From assembly GCF_000021865.1 (NCBI RefSeq), contig NC_014034.1, positions 960,001 to 992,000 of the forward strand: a stretch of DNA of 32,000 bases, read 5' to 3'. Numbering within the stretch: the stretch's first letter is position 1; each line of letters opens with the position of its first letter. The notes beneath the pieces were generated by a model that searched no databases, was not told where the DNA came from, and was given only the letters and a program-made list of their open reading frames with translations. Origin of the DNA: Rhodobacter capsulatus SB 1003 (GTDB lineage: Bacteria; Pseudomonadota; Alphaproteobacteria; Rhodobacterales; Rhodobacteraceae). The translations under genes were made by a program, and so were the position numbers. Shown here piece after piece: positions 1 through 8,258 of the stretch.

Positions 1-449
1 TGATCGAGGCGGAATTCGCGGCCTCCGACCGGCGTTCGATCATGGGGCATTCGATGGGCGGGCATGGTGCGCTGGTCGCGGCCTTGCGCCATCCGGGGCG
101 CTACCGGGCCGTCTCGGCCTTTGCGCCGATCGTCGCGCCCGCGCAGGTGCCCTGGGGGGAAAAGGCGTTCTCGGCCTATCTGGGGCCCGACCGGACGGCC
201 TGGGCGGAATGGGATGCGACGGCGCTTCTGGCAGGGGCGGCGGAACGGTTGCCGATCCTGATCGATCAGGGCGAGGCGGACAGTTTCCTGGAAGACCAGC
301 TGAAGCCCTGGATCCTGACCGAGGAAGCGGCGCGGCTTGGCCATCCGGTGACGCTGCGCCGTCATCCGGGCCATGACCACAGCTATTACTTCATCGCCAG
401 CTTTCTGGCCGATCACTTCGCCCATCACGCCGCCGCGCTGCAGGGCTGA
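1..449 (+). CDS. fghA: S-formylglutathione hydrolase (esterase D family), C-terminal part; 5' end lies upstream of the window
   Basis: The frame is open from nt 3 (IEAEFAASDRRSIMGHSMGGHGAL...). It has the serine-esterase nucleophile motif GHSMGGHGA. The C-terminus (GHDHSYYFIASFLADHFAHH) is typical of FghA/FrmB/YeiG. Confidence 0.85.
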   Translation, partial: IEAEFAASDRRSIMGHSMGGHGALVAALRHPGRYRAVSAFAPIVAPAQVPWGEKAFSAYLGPDRTAWAEWDATALLAGAAERLPILIDQGEADSFLEDQLKPWILTEEAARLGHPVTLRRHPGHDHSYYFIASFLADHFAHHAAALQG

Positions 450-460
450 GCCCGAAACGG

Positions 461-486
461 AAAAAACCCCGCGGCGGACCGCGGGG
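461..486 (-). terminator. Intrinsic terminator-like hairpin serving the minus-strand yccA-like gene
   Basis: Stem CCCCGCGG (467-474), loop CGGA, stem CCGCGGGG (479-486). AAAAAA at 461-466 gives a U-tract when read on the minus strand, downstream of the stop at 519. Confidence 0.6.
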
Positions 487-518
487 CCTTTCCCGGAGGT
501 TGGTTCGGGTCGTTCAGA

Positions 519-1235
519 TCATTCGCGATTGCCAAGGAACTGCAGCAGGAACATGAACAGGTTCAGGAAGTCCATGTAGAGCTGCAGCGCGCCAAGGATC
601 GCGGCCTTGCCCAGGAAATCGGCATCCGATTGGGCCAGTTGCAGATAGGTGTTCTTGATGTTCTGCGTGTCATAGGCGGTCAGACCTGCAAACAGCAGCA
701 CACCGATCACCGAGATCGCGAATTGCAGCGCCGACGAGGCGATGAAGATGTTCAGCAGCGAGGCGACGATCAGGCCGATCAGACCCATCATCAGGAACGA
801 GCCGAAAGCCGAGAGGTTGCGCTTCGTTGTGTAGCCGTAAAGCGAGAGCGCCGCGAAGGCGATGGCGGTGATCAGGAAGGTCTGCGCGATCGAGACGCCG
901 GTGTAGACCTTGAAGATGAAGCTCAGCGACAGGCCCATCAGCGCCGAATAGCCGAAGAAGACCATCTGCGCGGTCGAGGTCTGCATCTTGTGGATCAGCG
1001 CCGAGAAGGCGAAGACCACGACGAGGGGGGCAAACATCACCACCCATTTCAGCGGCGTGCCGAAGATCGCGGCCAGAAGCTGGTCGTTCAGGCTGACGCC
1101 GAAGGCGACCGCGCCGGTGACGATCATCGCCACCGACATCAGGCCATAGACCTTGTTCATATGGGTCCGCAGACCCTCGTCGATGTAACTCGCACGGCCA
1201 GCCGCGGTGCTGTGCATCGTGTTGTAATTAGCCAT
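519..1235 (-). CDS. BAX inhibitor-1/YccA family inner-membrane protein
   Basis: ATG at 1235 (MANYNTMHS...) is preceded by GGAG. The 238-aa product has about 7 hydrophobic segments and the family-typical N-terminus (YIDEGLRTHMNKVYGLM) and C-terminus (ILGALQLYMDFLNLFMFLLQFLG). The longer 320-aa ORF prefix is P/R-rich and not protein-like. Confidence 0.85.
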   Translation of the reverse strand: MANYNTMHSTAAGRASYIDEGLRTHMNKVYGLMSVAMIVTGAVAFGVSLNDQLLAAIFGTPLKWVVMFAPLVVVFAFSALIHKMQTSTAQMVFFGYSALMGLSLSFIFKVYTGVSIAQTFLITAIAFAALSLYGYTTKRNLSAFGSFLMMGLIGLIVASLLNIFIASSALQFAISVIGVLLFAGLTAYDTQNIKNTYLQLAQSDADFLGKAAILGALQLYMDFLNLFMFLLQFLGNRE

Positions 1236-1356
1236 GTGGTTGTCTCCAGTCTCATGCAGCGACACGCGCGAGGGTGCCGCCGTCGGGTCCGATATCGGAA
1301 AGGACCCTGCGGGTTTCAAGAACCGGGGGGCAGAAAAAACATCCCCGGCGCGGGGC

Positions 1357-2316
1357 TCACCCCATCGTGACGACGATCTTGCCGGTGGAACGGCGGGTGC
1401 GCAACATCTCCAGCGCCGCGGCGGTCTGCGACAGGGGGAAGCGGGCCGAGATATGCGGATGCAGCCGGCCTTCGGCGGCAAGGGCGAAAAGTTCCGTCAT
1501 CGAACGGCGCAGCGCCGCCGGGTCGAGATCCAGATAGCCGCCCCAGTAAAGCCCATGGATTTCAAGGTTTTTCACCAAAGCATGGTTGAGCTTCAGCACC
1601 GGCGGTGCCCCCGCGGCAAAGCCGATGACCAGAAAGCGCCCGCCCGGTTTCAGCGCCGCGAAAGCCGCCTCGCCCAAGCTGCCGCCGACCGCGTCATAGA
1701 CGACATCGGCGCCGCCAAGCGCCTTCAGCGCGGCTTTCAGATCGGGGGTTTCGGCATCCAGCGTCTCGGCCGCGCCCGCCTGCGCGGCGACGGCGCATTT
1801 TTCCGCCCCGCGCGCGACGGCGATCACCCGCGCCCCCAGCCGCGCGCCGATCTCGACCGCGGTCAGCCCGACGCCGCCCGCCGCGCCCAGCACCACCAGC
1901 GTCTCGCCCGCGCGCAGCCGCCCGCGCAGGGTCAGCGCCAGATGCGAGGTCCCATAGGCGATCTGGAAGGCCGCGGCGGTGTCGAAATCCAGACTGTCGG
2001 GCAGGGGGGTGCAGCGGTCCTCGGCAAAGACCCCGGCCTCGGCCAGACCGCCGTGACCGGCATGGATGGCAACGCGCGTGCCCGGCGTCAGGCTTGCGCC
2101 CGGCCCGGCGGCGGTGACGGTGCCCGCGGCCTCCAGCCCCGGCACGAAGGGCAGCGGCGGGGTGGCCTGATAGCTGCCCTCGAGCATCAGCAGGTCGGCG
2201 AAGTTCAGGCCGCAGGCGGCGATCCGCACCGCAACTTCGCCCGGGCCGGGGGCGGGCAGCGGCAGATCGGTCAGGGACGGCGGCGTTTTCGGATCGGTGT
2301 GAAGAAAGGCGCGCAT
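1357..2316 (-). CDS. NADPH:quinone oxidoreductase / zeta-crystallin-like medium-chain dehydrogenase
   Basis: Start MRAFLH at 2316. GEVAVRIAACGLNFADLLMLEGSY and VLGAAGGVGLTAVEIGARLGARVIAV (Rossmann GxxGxxG) are typical of the Qor/MDR family. Confidence 0.8.
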   Translation of the reverse strand: MRAFLHTDPKTPPSLTDLPLPAPGPGEVAVRIAACGLNFADLLMLEGSYQATPPLPFVPGLEAAGTVTAAGPGASLTPGTRVAIHAGHGGLAEAGVFAEDRCTPLPDSLDFDTAAAFQIAYGTSHLALTLRGRLRAGETLVVLGAAGGVGLTAVEIGARLGARVIAVARGAEKCAVAAQAGAAETLDAETPDLKAALKALGGADVVYDAVGGSLGEAAFAALKPGGRFLVIGFAAGAPPVLKLNHALVKNLEIHGLYWGGYLDLDPAALRRSMTELFALAAEGRLHPHISARFPLSQTAAALEMLRTRRSTGKIVVTMG

Positions 2317-2386
2317 CTTGCTCCGGGGGTTGTCGCGATGCCTCAGCCTAGCCCGGCTGCGGCGGTCGAACCAGCCGGAGATCGTT

Positions 2387-2404
2387 GTTGATTGCCGAAT
2401 CAAC
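2387..2404. promoter_or_regulatory. Perfect 7-4-7 inverted repeat GTTGATT-GCCG-AATCAAC in a divergent promoter region
   Basis: Read directly from the sequence. It lies between the qor-like start (2316, minus) and the XRE start (2660, plus) and contains a GANTC site (GAATC). Confidence 0.35.
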
Positions 2405-2439
2405 CGGAGCGCGAAGCAGATTTTTCCTCTCGCACGATG

Positions 2440-2470
2440 TGCAATTTGCGATGCAATTTGCGAATTGCGA
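2440..2470. repeat. Tandem direct repeat TGCAATTTGCGA x2 plus a partial third unit ATTGCGA
   Basis: Read directly: tgcaatttgcga tgcaatttgcga attgcga. Each unit contains the 4-1-4 palindrome GCAA-T-TTGC. It sits in a locally AT-richer 343-bp intergenic region. Confidence 0.6.
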
Positions 2471-2659
2471 CCCGGCTTGTTGCGGCCCCGACAGCCGATC
2501 TTGACGGAACATGGTTAACAATTGCAGGATGTGCGACATTACGTAGCGGTTAGTATATGAATTTACCTGTCTTTTTGGATAGGTTCCAGATTTTGCAACC
2601 GAAACGGCGCCCTGCTTCGTGCTAGCTTCATCCATCCGAAGAGTTCCGGGGAAGAATGA

Positions 2660-3022
2660 ATGAAGCATCCGGTCGATGTCCATGTGGGCAAGCGTATCCG
2701 TCACCGCCGCTGGCTGGTGGGGGTGACGCAACAACAACTCGCCGACAAGGTCGGCATCAAGTTCCAGCAAATTCAGAAATACGAAACGGGGATGAACCGT
2801 GTCTCGGCCTCGCGGCTTTGGGACATTGCCGATGCGCTTGACGTGCCGGTGTCGTTCTTCTTCGAAGGATTGTCGGGCGAAGACCCGAACACGGCCGCGC
2901 AGGAGGGGGATCTGTTCTCCGACAAGGAAGCGCTGGCCCTGGTGCGTTCGTATTACGCGATCCCCGAGGCGCAGCGGCGCCGTCTGTTCGAACTGGCAAA
3001 GGTTCTCTCCGACGTGGCTTGA
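2660..3022 (+). CDS. XRE (Cro/CI) family helix-turn-helix transcriptional regulator, 120 aa
   Basis: SD GGGGAAG lies 5 nt upstream of the ATG. HTH_3 signature: VGKRIRHRRWLVGVTQQQLADKVGIKFQQIQKYETGMNRVSASRLWDIADAL. Confidence 0.85.
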   Translation: MKHPVDVHVGKRIRHRRWLVGVTQQQLADKVGIKFQQIQKYETGMNRVSASRLWDIADALDVPVSFFFEGLSGEDPNTAAQEGDLFSDKEALALVRSYYAIPEAQRRRLFELAKVLSDVA

Positions 3023-3048
3023 TATGGCCGCACAATCGGGGTTGAAAA

Positions 3049-3080
3049 GACGGGGAGCGGTGACGCTCCCCGTCTTTTTT
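3049..3080 (+). terminator. Rho-independent terminator after the XRE gene
   Basis: Perfect 11-bp stem GACGGGGAGCG / CGCTCCCCGTC with loop GTGA, followed by TTTTTT (3075-3080). Confidence 0.8.
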
Positions 3081-3091
3081 CCGGAGTCCTC

Positions 3092-3913
3092 ATGCCGCCC
3101 CATCTGAGCGAGGCCGACAAGGCCGATCTGATCGCCACCGCCGAAGCCCTGGCCGATGCCGCGCGGGCGGTGACGCTGGTGCATTTCCGCACCCCGGGCG
3201 GGATTGCCGCCGAAACCAAGGAAGCGGTGCGCTTCGATCCGGTGACCGTGGCCGATCGGGCCGCGGAACAGGCGATGCGCGAGATCCTGGCCTGGCGGCG
3301 GCCTGCGGACGGGATCTGGGGCGAGGAATTCGGGGTGACGCGGGGGACATCGGGGCTGACCTGGGTGCTGGACCCGATCGACGGCACCCGGGGCTATCTG
3401 TCGGGGACGCCGACCTGGGGGGTGCTGATCGCGCTGTCCGAGGAAGGCGGCGACAAACCCGGGGCGCCGCTGATGGGGCTGATCGACCAGCCCTATATCG
3501 GCGAGCGGTTCCTGGGCGGCTTCGGGCAGGCGCGGGTGACCGGGCCGCTCGGCCGGGCCGATCTGCGCACGCGCACGCCGCGGCCGCTTTCCGAGGCGAT
3601 CCTGTATTCCACCTTCCCCGAGGTCGGCACGCCCGAGGAAGGCGCGGCCTTTGCCCGGCTGGCGCGGCAGGTGAAGCTGACGCGCTATGGCACGGATTGT
3701 TACGCCTACGGGCTGATCGCGGCGGGGCAGATCGATCTGGTGGTCGAGGCGGGGCTGCAGCCCTATGACGTCGGCGGGCCGATCGCGGTGATCGAGGCGG
3801 CGGGGGGCATCGTCACCGACTGGACGGGCGGTCCGGCATATCGTGGCGGGCGGGTGCTGGCGGCGGCCAATGCCGAGGTGCATGCGGCGGCGATGGCGGT
3901 CCTGAACGGCTGA
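3092..3913 (+). CDS. Inositol monophosphatase family protein, probably HisN-type histidinol-phosphate phosphatase
   Basis: SD GGAG lies upstream of the ATG. IMPase motifs: WVLDPIDGTRGY and the metal-binding EE region (IWGEEFG). Overall similarity to alphaproteobacterial HisN-like proteins is from memory, not from a search. Confidence 0.75.
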   Translation: MPPHLSEADKADLIATAEALADAARAVTLVHFRTPGGIAAETKEAVRFDPVTVADRAAEQAMREILAWRRPADGIWGEEFGVTRGTSGLTWVLDPIDGTRGYLSGTPTWGVLIALSEEGGDKPGAPLMGLIDQPYIGERFLGGFGQARVTGPLGRADLRTRTPRPLSEAILYSTFPEVGTPEEGAAFARLARQVKLTRYGTDCYAYGLIAAGQIDLVVEAGLQPYDVGGPIAVIEAAGGIVTDWTGGPAYRGGRVLAAANAEVHAAAMAVLNG

Positions 3914-3949
3914 GGGGGAAGGTCGGGGGGCTGCCGCCGAACCCCCCGC

Positions 3950-3975
3950 CCGAAGGGGCCCTCGGGCCCCTTCGG
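3950..3975. other. GC-rich hairpin downstream of the hisN-like gene (no U-tract)
   Basis: Stem CCGAAGGGGCC / GGCCCCTTCGG with a 4-nt loop. No T-run follows, so terminator function is uncertain. Confidence 0.35.
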
Positions 3976-4013
3976 ACTTCCCCGAGGGGATTGCGTTGCG
4001 CGGGAGGCATCTG

Positions 4014-5351
4014 ATGCGGGAAATTCTGATCCGGGGGGCCGAGGTCGTCGTCACCATGGATGCGGCGCGGCGGGAATTGCGTGGCGCCGATCTGCTGCTG
4101 CGGGGCGGCGAGATTGTCGCCCTGGGGCAGGGGCTTGTCAGCACGGGCGAGGTCGTCTCGGCCCGGGGCTGCGTGGTCACGCCGGGGCTGATCAACACGC
4201 ATCATCACCTTTATCAGACGCTGACGCGGGCGGTGCCGGGCGGGCAGGATGCGCTGCTGTTTGGCTGGCTGAAGACGCTTTACCCGATCTGGGCGCGGAT
4301 GGGGCCCGAGGAGATCTTCACCTCGGCGCAGATCGGGTTGGCGGAACTGGCGCTCTCGGGCTGCACGCTCTCTTCGGATCACCTTTATCTGTTTCCGAAC
4401 GGGGCGCGGCTGGATGACACGATCGCCGCCGCCGCGGAACTGGGGCTGCGCTTTCACCCCACCCGCGGCGCGATGTCGATTGGCGAAAGCGCGGGCGGGC
4501 TGCCGCCTGACGCCCTGGTCGAGCGCGAAGAGGCGATCCTGGCCGATTGCATCCGCGTCATCGACACCCATCACGATCCCCGCCCGGGCGCGATGTTGCG
4601 GGTGGGCGTGGCCCCCTGTTCGCCGTTTTCGGTCTCGCGCGAGCTGATGCGTGACGCCGCGCTGCTGGCGCGCGACAAGGGGGTGATGCTGCACACCCAT
4701 CTGGCCGAGAATGACGAGGATATCGCCTATTCCCTGCACAAGTTCGGTTGCCGTCCGGGCCAATATGCCGAGGATCTGGGCTGGACCGGCGCCGATGTCT
4801 GGCATGCCCATTGCGTCAAGCTTTCAGGTTCGGAAATTGATCTTTTTGCCCGGTCCAGCACCGGGGTTGCCCATTGTCCATGTTCGAATTGTCGCCTTGG
4901 CTCGGGCATCGCGCCGGTGCGGGCGATGCGCGATGCGGGGGTGAAACTGGCTTTGGGCGTCGATGGATCGGCATCGAATGACGCGGGCAATCTGATCGCC
5001 GAGGCGCGACAGGCGCTGCTGTTGCAACGGGTGCAAAACGGCGCCGATGCGATGTCGGTGCGCGAGGCGCTGGAGATCGCGACGCTGGGCGGCGCGCAGG
5101 TTCTGGGCCGCCCGGAGTTGGGCAGCCTTGAGCCCGGCAAGCGTGCCGATCTGGCGATCTGGGACGTCTCGGGGCTGGAGGCCGCGGGTGCCTGGGACCC
5201 GGTGGCGGCGCTGCTTCTGTCCGGTCCGACGCGGGTGAAGCATCTTTTCGTCGAGGGCCGCCCGGTCGTGCAGGATGGCCAGATCACCACGCTCGACCTG
5301 CCGCGCGTCATCGAACGCGCGAACGCCCTTGCCCGCGCCCTTGCGCGCTGA
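4014..5351 (+). CDS. Amidohydrolase superfamily, 8-oxoguanine deaminase / TRZ-ATZ-like
   Basis: ATG at 4014 is 6 nt after GGGAGG and is preferred over the TTG at 3996. Metal-binding INTHHHLYQ, HTHLAEN and the GVDGSASND motif are typical of this deaminase clade. Confidence 0.75.
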   Translation: MREILIRGAEVVVTMDAARRELRGADLLLRGGEIVALGQGLVSTGEVVSARGCVVTPGLINTHHHLYQTLTRAVPGGQDALLFGWLKTLYPIWARMGPEEIFTSAQIGLAELALSGCTLSSDHLYLFPNGARLDDTIAAAAELGLRFHPTRGAMSIGESAGGLPPDALVEREEAILADCIRVIDTHHDPRPGAMLRVGVAPCSPFSVSRELMRDAALLARDKGVMLHTHLAENDEDIAYSLHKFGCRPGQYAEDLGWTGADVWHAHCVKLSGSEIDLFARSSTGVAHCPCSNCRLGSGIAPVRAMRDAGVKLALGVDGSASNDAGNLIAEARQALLLQRVQNGADAMSVREALEIATLGGAQVLGRPELGSLEPGKRADLAIWDVSGLEAAGAWDPVAALLLSGPTRVKHLFVEGRPVVQDGQITTLDLPRVIERANALARALAR

Positions 5352-5378
5352 TTTTATCTTGCTTCAAATACCCCGGGG
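5351..5378 (-). repeat. Solo half-copy of the dispersed GTATTTG..CAAGA(A/T)AAA repeat, reverse orientation
   Basis: The plus strand reads attttatcttgcttcaaataccccgggg. Its reverse complement CCCCGGGGTATTTGAAGCAAGATAAAAT aligns with the copies at 14201, 20344 and 25679. Confidence 0.5.
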
Positions 5379-5462
5379 TGAGACGGGCAAGGCGGCCTTC
5401 CGGGGGAAGGACGCCCCGTCGAACGGGCAGAGCCCCGCTCTGTCGTTGCCGCTGGGCGCCCG

Positions 5463-6746
5463 CTACTTCATCCGCCGCCCGGCCACCCAGACCCCGGCAA
5501 TGGCGCGGTCATCGCCCATCATGATTGTCGGAAACAGCGCCTCCCAGACATCGCCCGCCCGTTCGGCGCGCTGGGCGATCGCGGGGGTCGAGGCCAGATC
5601 GACCGCGATCAGATCCGCCTCCATCCCCACGGCGATATTGCCCACCGCGTGATCGATGCGCAGAACCTGCGCCGCGCCAAGGGTCGCCAGATACCAGAGC
5701 GCCGCCGGATGCAGCGCCCCGCGCCGCAGCTGCCCGATCTCATAGGCCGCCGCCATCGTGCGCAGCATCGAGAAGCTTGATCCGCCGCCGGTGTCGGTGG
5801 CGAGCCCGATCCGCAGCCCGGCCGCCGAAAGCCCCGCCGTATCAAAGAGCCCCGAGCCGATGAAGCTGTTCGAGGTCGGGCAATGCGCCAGCCCCGCGCC
5901 GACCTCGCGCAGCCGGGCGATCTCGCGCGGCTCGAGATGGATCGCATGGCCGTAAACGCCGTTTTCCCCAAGCAGGCCAAAGGTTTCGTAAGTGTCCAGA
6001 TAATCCCGCGCCGCCGGATACAGGCTTTTCACCCAGGCGATTTCATCGACCTGCTCGCTCAGATGCGTCTGCATCAGGCACTCGGGATGTTCCGCCCAAA
6101 GACTTCCCAAGGCCAGCAGCTGATCGGGCGTCGAGGTGGGCGAGAACCGCGGCGTGATCACATAACCCAGCCGGTCCCGCCCGTGCCAGCGCGTCAGCAG
6201 CGACTTGCTTTCGTCGTAAGCCGCCTGCGCGCTGTCGCGCAGCCCCGCGGGCGCGGTGTCGCGGTCCATGCAGGTCCGCCCGGCGAGCGCCCGCATCCCC
6301 CGCCGCGCCGCCTCGCCCATGAAGGCATCGACCGAGGAGGAATGGATCGTCGCATAGGAACACATCGAGGTCGTGCCATGCGCCAGCGCAAGGTCGAGAT
6401 AGCGCGAGGCGATCTCGGCCGCATAGGCGGGATCGGCAAAGCGCATCTCCTCGGGGAAGGTGTAGGTATTGAGCCAGTCGATCAGCCGCTTGCCCCAGCT
6501 CGCGATGATCGCGGTCTGCGGGTAATGCACATGCGCATCGACAAAGCCCGCAGAAATCAGCCGCGCGCCCAGATCGGTGCGCCGCGCCTGCGGGAAGCGC
6601 GCCAGAACCGCCTCGGCCGGGCCCAGATCGACGATCCGCCCCGCCTCGATCGCCACCGCGCCGTGACGGTCGTGCCGGGCGGCCCCGGGCCCCTCGACCA
6701 TCGGATCGCCCGCATATCGCAGCACCTGCCCCAGCAAAATCTCCAC
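5463..6746 (-). CDS. guaD: Guanine deaminase
   Basis: GFVDAHVHYPQTAIIASWG..LIDWLNTYTFPEE, HLSEQVDEIAWVKSLYP and HCPTSNSFIGSGLF match GuaD closely. I prefer the GTG start at 6746 (VEILLG), 6 nt after AAGGAAGG. The ATG at 6776 and TTG at 6803 are alternatives. Confidence 0.85.
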   Translation of the reverse strand: MEILLGQVLRYAGDPMVEGPGAARHDRHGAVAIEAGRIVDLGPAEAVLARFPQARRTDLGARLISAGFVDAHVHYPQTAIIASWGKRLIDWLNTYTFPEEMRFADPAYAAEIASRYLDLALAHGTTSMCSYATIHSSSVDAFMGEAARRGMRALAGRTCMDRDTAPAGLRDSAQAAYDESKSLLTRWHGRDRLGYVITPRFSPTSTPDQLLALGSLWAEHPECLMQTHLSEQVDEIAWVKSLYPAARDYLDTYETFGLLGENGVYGHAIHLEPREIARLREVGAGLAHCPTSNSFIGSGLFDTAGLSAAGLRIGLATDTGGGSSFSMLRTMAAAYEIGQLRRGALHPAALWYLATLGAAQVLRIDHAVGNIAVGMEADLIAVDLASTPAIAQRAERAGDVWEALFPTIMMGDDRAIAGVWVAGRRMK

Positions 6747-6875
6747 GCGCCACCTTCCTTTCCCGTGCGCCCCCATGCTAGGGCCGCGATCAGGCTTCGG
6801 CAATCACGGCTTTTTTGTCGCAGTCGGCTGCGATAAGGTAGCGGAAATCATAAGCGGGCAGCAACAGGGGGCGGC

Positions 6876-8258
6876 ATGGCACAAGAGCGGGCAGAAGAGC
6901 ACGAAGCCGAAGACCTGCCCGCGCTGACCGAGGATCTGGTCGAAAGCGTTCTGACCGCGACCGAGGCGGGCGATGCCGCGCTGCTGGCCGAGCTGCTCGA
7001 ACCGCTGCATGGCGCCGATATCGCCGACCTTCTGGAACAGGTCACCACCGCCGAACGGCGCGAGATCCTGCGGCTTTACGGCCGCGAGATGGACGGCGAG
7101 ATCCTGACCGAGATCGACGAATCCATCCGCGAGGAGGTGATCGAGCAGATCCCGGCCGATGTTCTGGCCGAGGCGGTCCGCGAGCTTGATTCCGATGACG
7201 TCGTCGACCTGATCGAGGATCTGGAAGAGGTCCAGCAGGAAGCCATCCTTGAGGCGCTGGATGAAACCGACCGCGCCGCGGTCGAGCAATCGCTGACCTG
7301 GCCCGAAAATTCCGCCGGCCGTCTGATGCAGCGCGAGGTCGTCGTGGCCCCCCTGCATTGGACCGTGGCCGAGGCGATCGGCTTTCTGCAACGCGAGGAC
7401 TGGCTGCCCGACCAGTTCTATCACGTGATTCTGGTCGATCCGGCGCATCATCCGGTGGGCTATGTGACCTTGGGCAAGATCCTGTCCTCAAAGCCCGAGA
7501 CCGCGCTGACGGCGATCACCGAGGACAGTTTCCGCACCATTTCCGCCCGTCAGGAAGAGGGCGACGTCGCCTATGCCTTCAACCAGTATCACCTGATTTC
7601 GGCGCCTGTCGTGGATGACGACGGCCGTCTGGTCGGCGTGATCACCATCGATGACGCGATGAACGTGCTCGATGAGGAACACGAAGAAGACATCCTGCGG
7701 CTGGCGGGGGTGGGCGAGGAAAGCTCGATCTCCGATTCGGTGCTGGAAACGGTGCGGCAGCGGCTGCCCTGGCTGGTCGCCAATCTGTTCACCGCCTCGC
7801 TCTCGGCCATCGTGATTTCGCAGTTCCAGGCGACGATTTCCGCGCTGGTGGCGCTGGCGGCGCTGATGCCGATCGTCGCCTCGACCGGGGGGATCGCGGG
7901 GACGCAATCGCTGGCCGTGGCGGTGCGGGCCTTGGCGACGCGCGATCTGACCGCCTCGAACGCGCGCCGGGTGGTGTTGCGGGAAATCGGCGCCGGGCTG
8001 GTGAACGGGCTGAGCCTGGCGCTGCTTCTGGGCGTCGCGGGCGGGCTGATCTTTGGCCATGTCGAGCTGGGCGTGGTTCTGGGGCTGGCGATGATCGTCA
8101 ATCAGCTGGTCGCGGCGCTCGGCGGCGTGATGGTGCCCCTGACGCTGGAACGGCTGGGGCTGGATCCGGCGCTGGCCTCGGGCACCTTTGTCACCACGCT
8201 GACCGATGTTATGGGCTTTTTCGCCTTTCTGGGTCTGGCGAGCTGGGTGCTGATATGA
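6876..8258 (+). CDS. mgtE: Magnesium transporter MgtE
   Basis: Acidic N-domain, a CBS pair (HLISAPVVDDDGRLVGVITIDDAM) and a C-terminal 5-TM MgtE channel domain (PIVASTGGIAGTQS..., FVTTLTDVMGFFAFLG). Confidence 0.9.
   Translation: MAQERAEEHEAEDLPALTEDLVESVLTATEAGDAALLAELLEPLHGADIADLLEQVTTAERREILRLYGREMDGEILTEIDESIREEVIEQIPADVLAEAVRELDSDDVVDLIEDLEEVQQEAILEALDETDRAAVEQSLTWPENSAGRLMQREVVVAPLHWTVAEAIGFLQREDWLPDQFYHVILVDPAHHPVGYVTLGKILSSKPETALTAITEDSFRTISARQEEGDVAYAFNQYHLISAPVVDDDGRLVGVITIDDAMNVLDEEHEEDILRLAGVGEESSISDSVLETVRQRLPWLVANLFTASLSAIVISQFQATISALVALAALMPIVASTGGIAGTQSLAVAVRALATRDLTASNARRVVLREIGAGLVNGLSLALLLGVAGGLIFGHVELGVVLGLAMIVNQLVAALGGVMVPLTLERLGLDPALASGTFVTTLTDVMGFFAFLGLASWVLI

Noticed and set aside
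2348-4198. 616-aa minus-strand ORF spanning the XRE and hisN-like genes
   Set aside because: It lies antisense or out of frame to well-supported genes. The translation is extremely R/P/G/A-rich with no motifs. This is a typical shadow ORF of a high-GC genome, where stop codons are rare.
6747-6875. Possible M-box (Mg2+) riboswitch upstream of mgtE
   Set aside because: The whole divergent intergenic region is only about 129 nt, which is too short for an M-box aptamer plus expression platform. I could not recognise M-box conserved segments.
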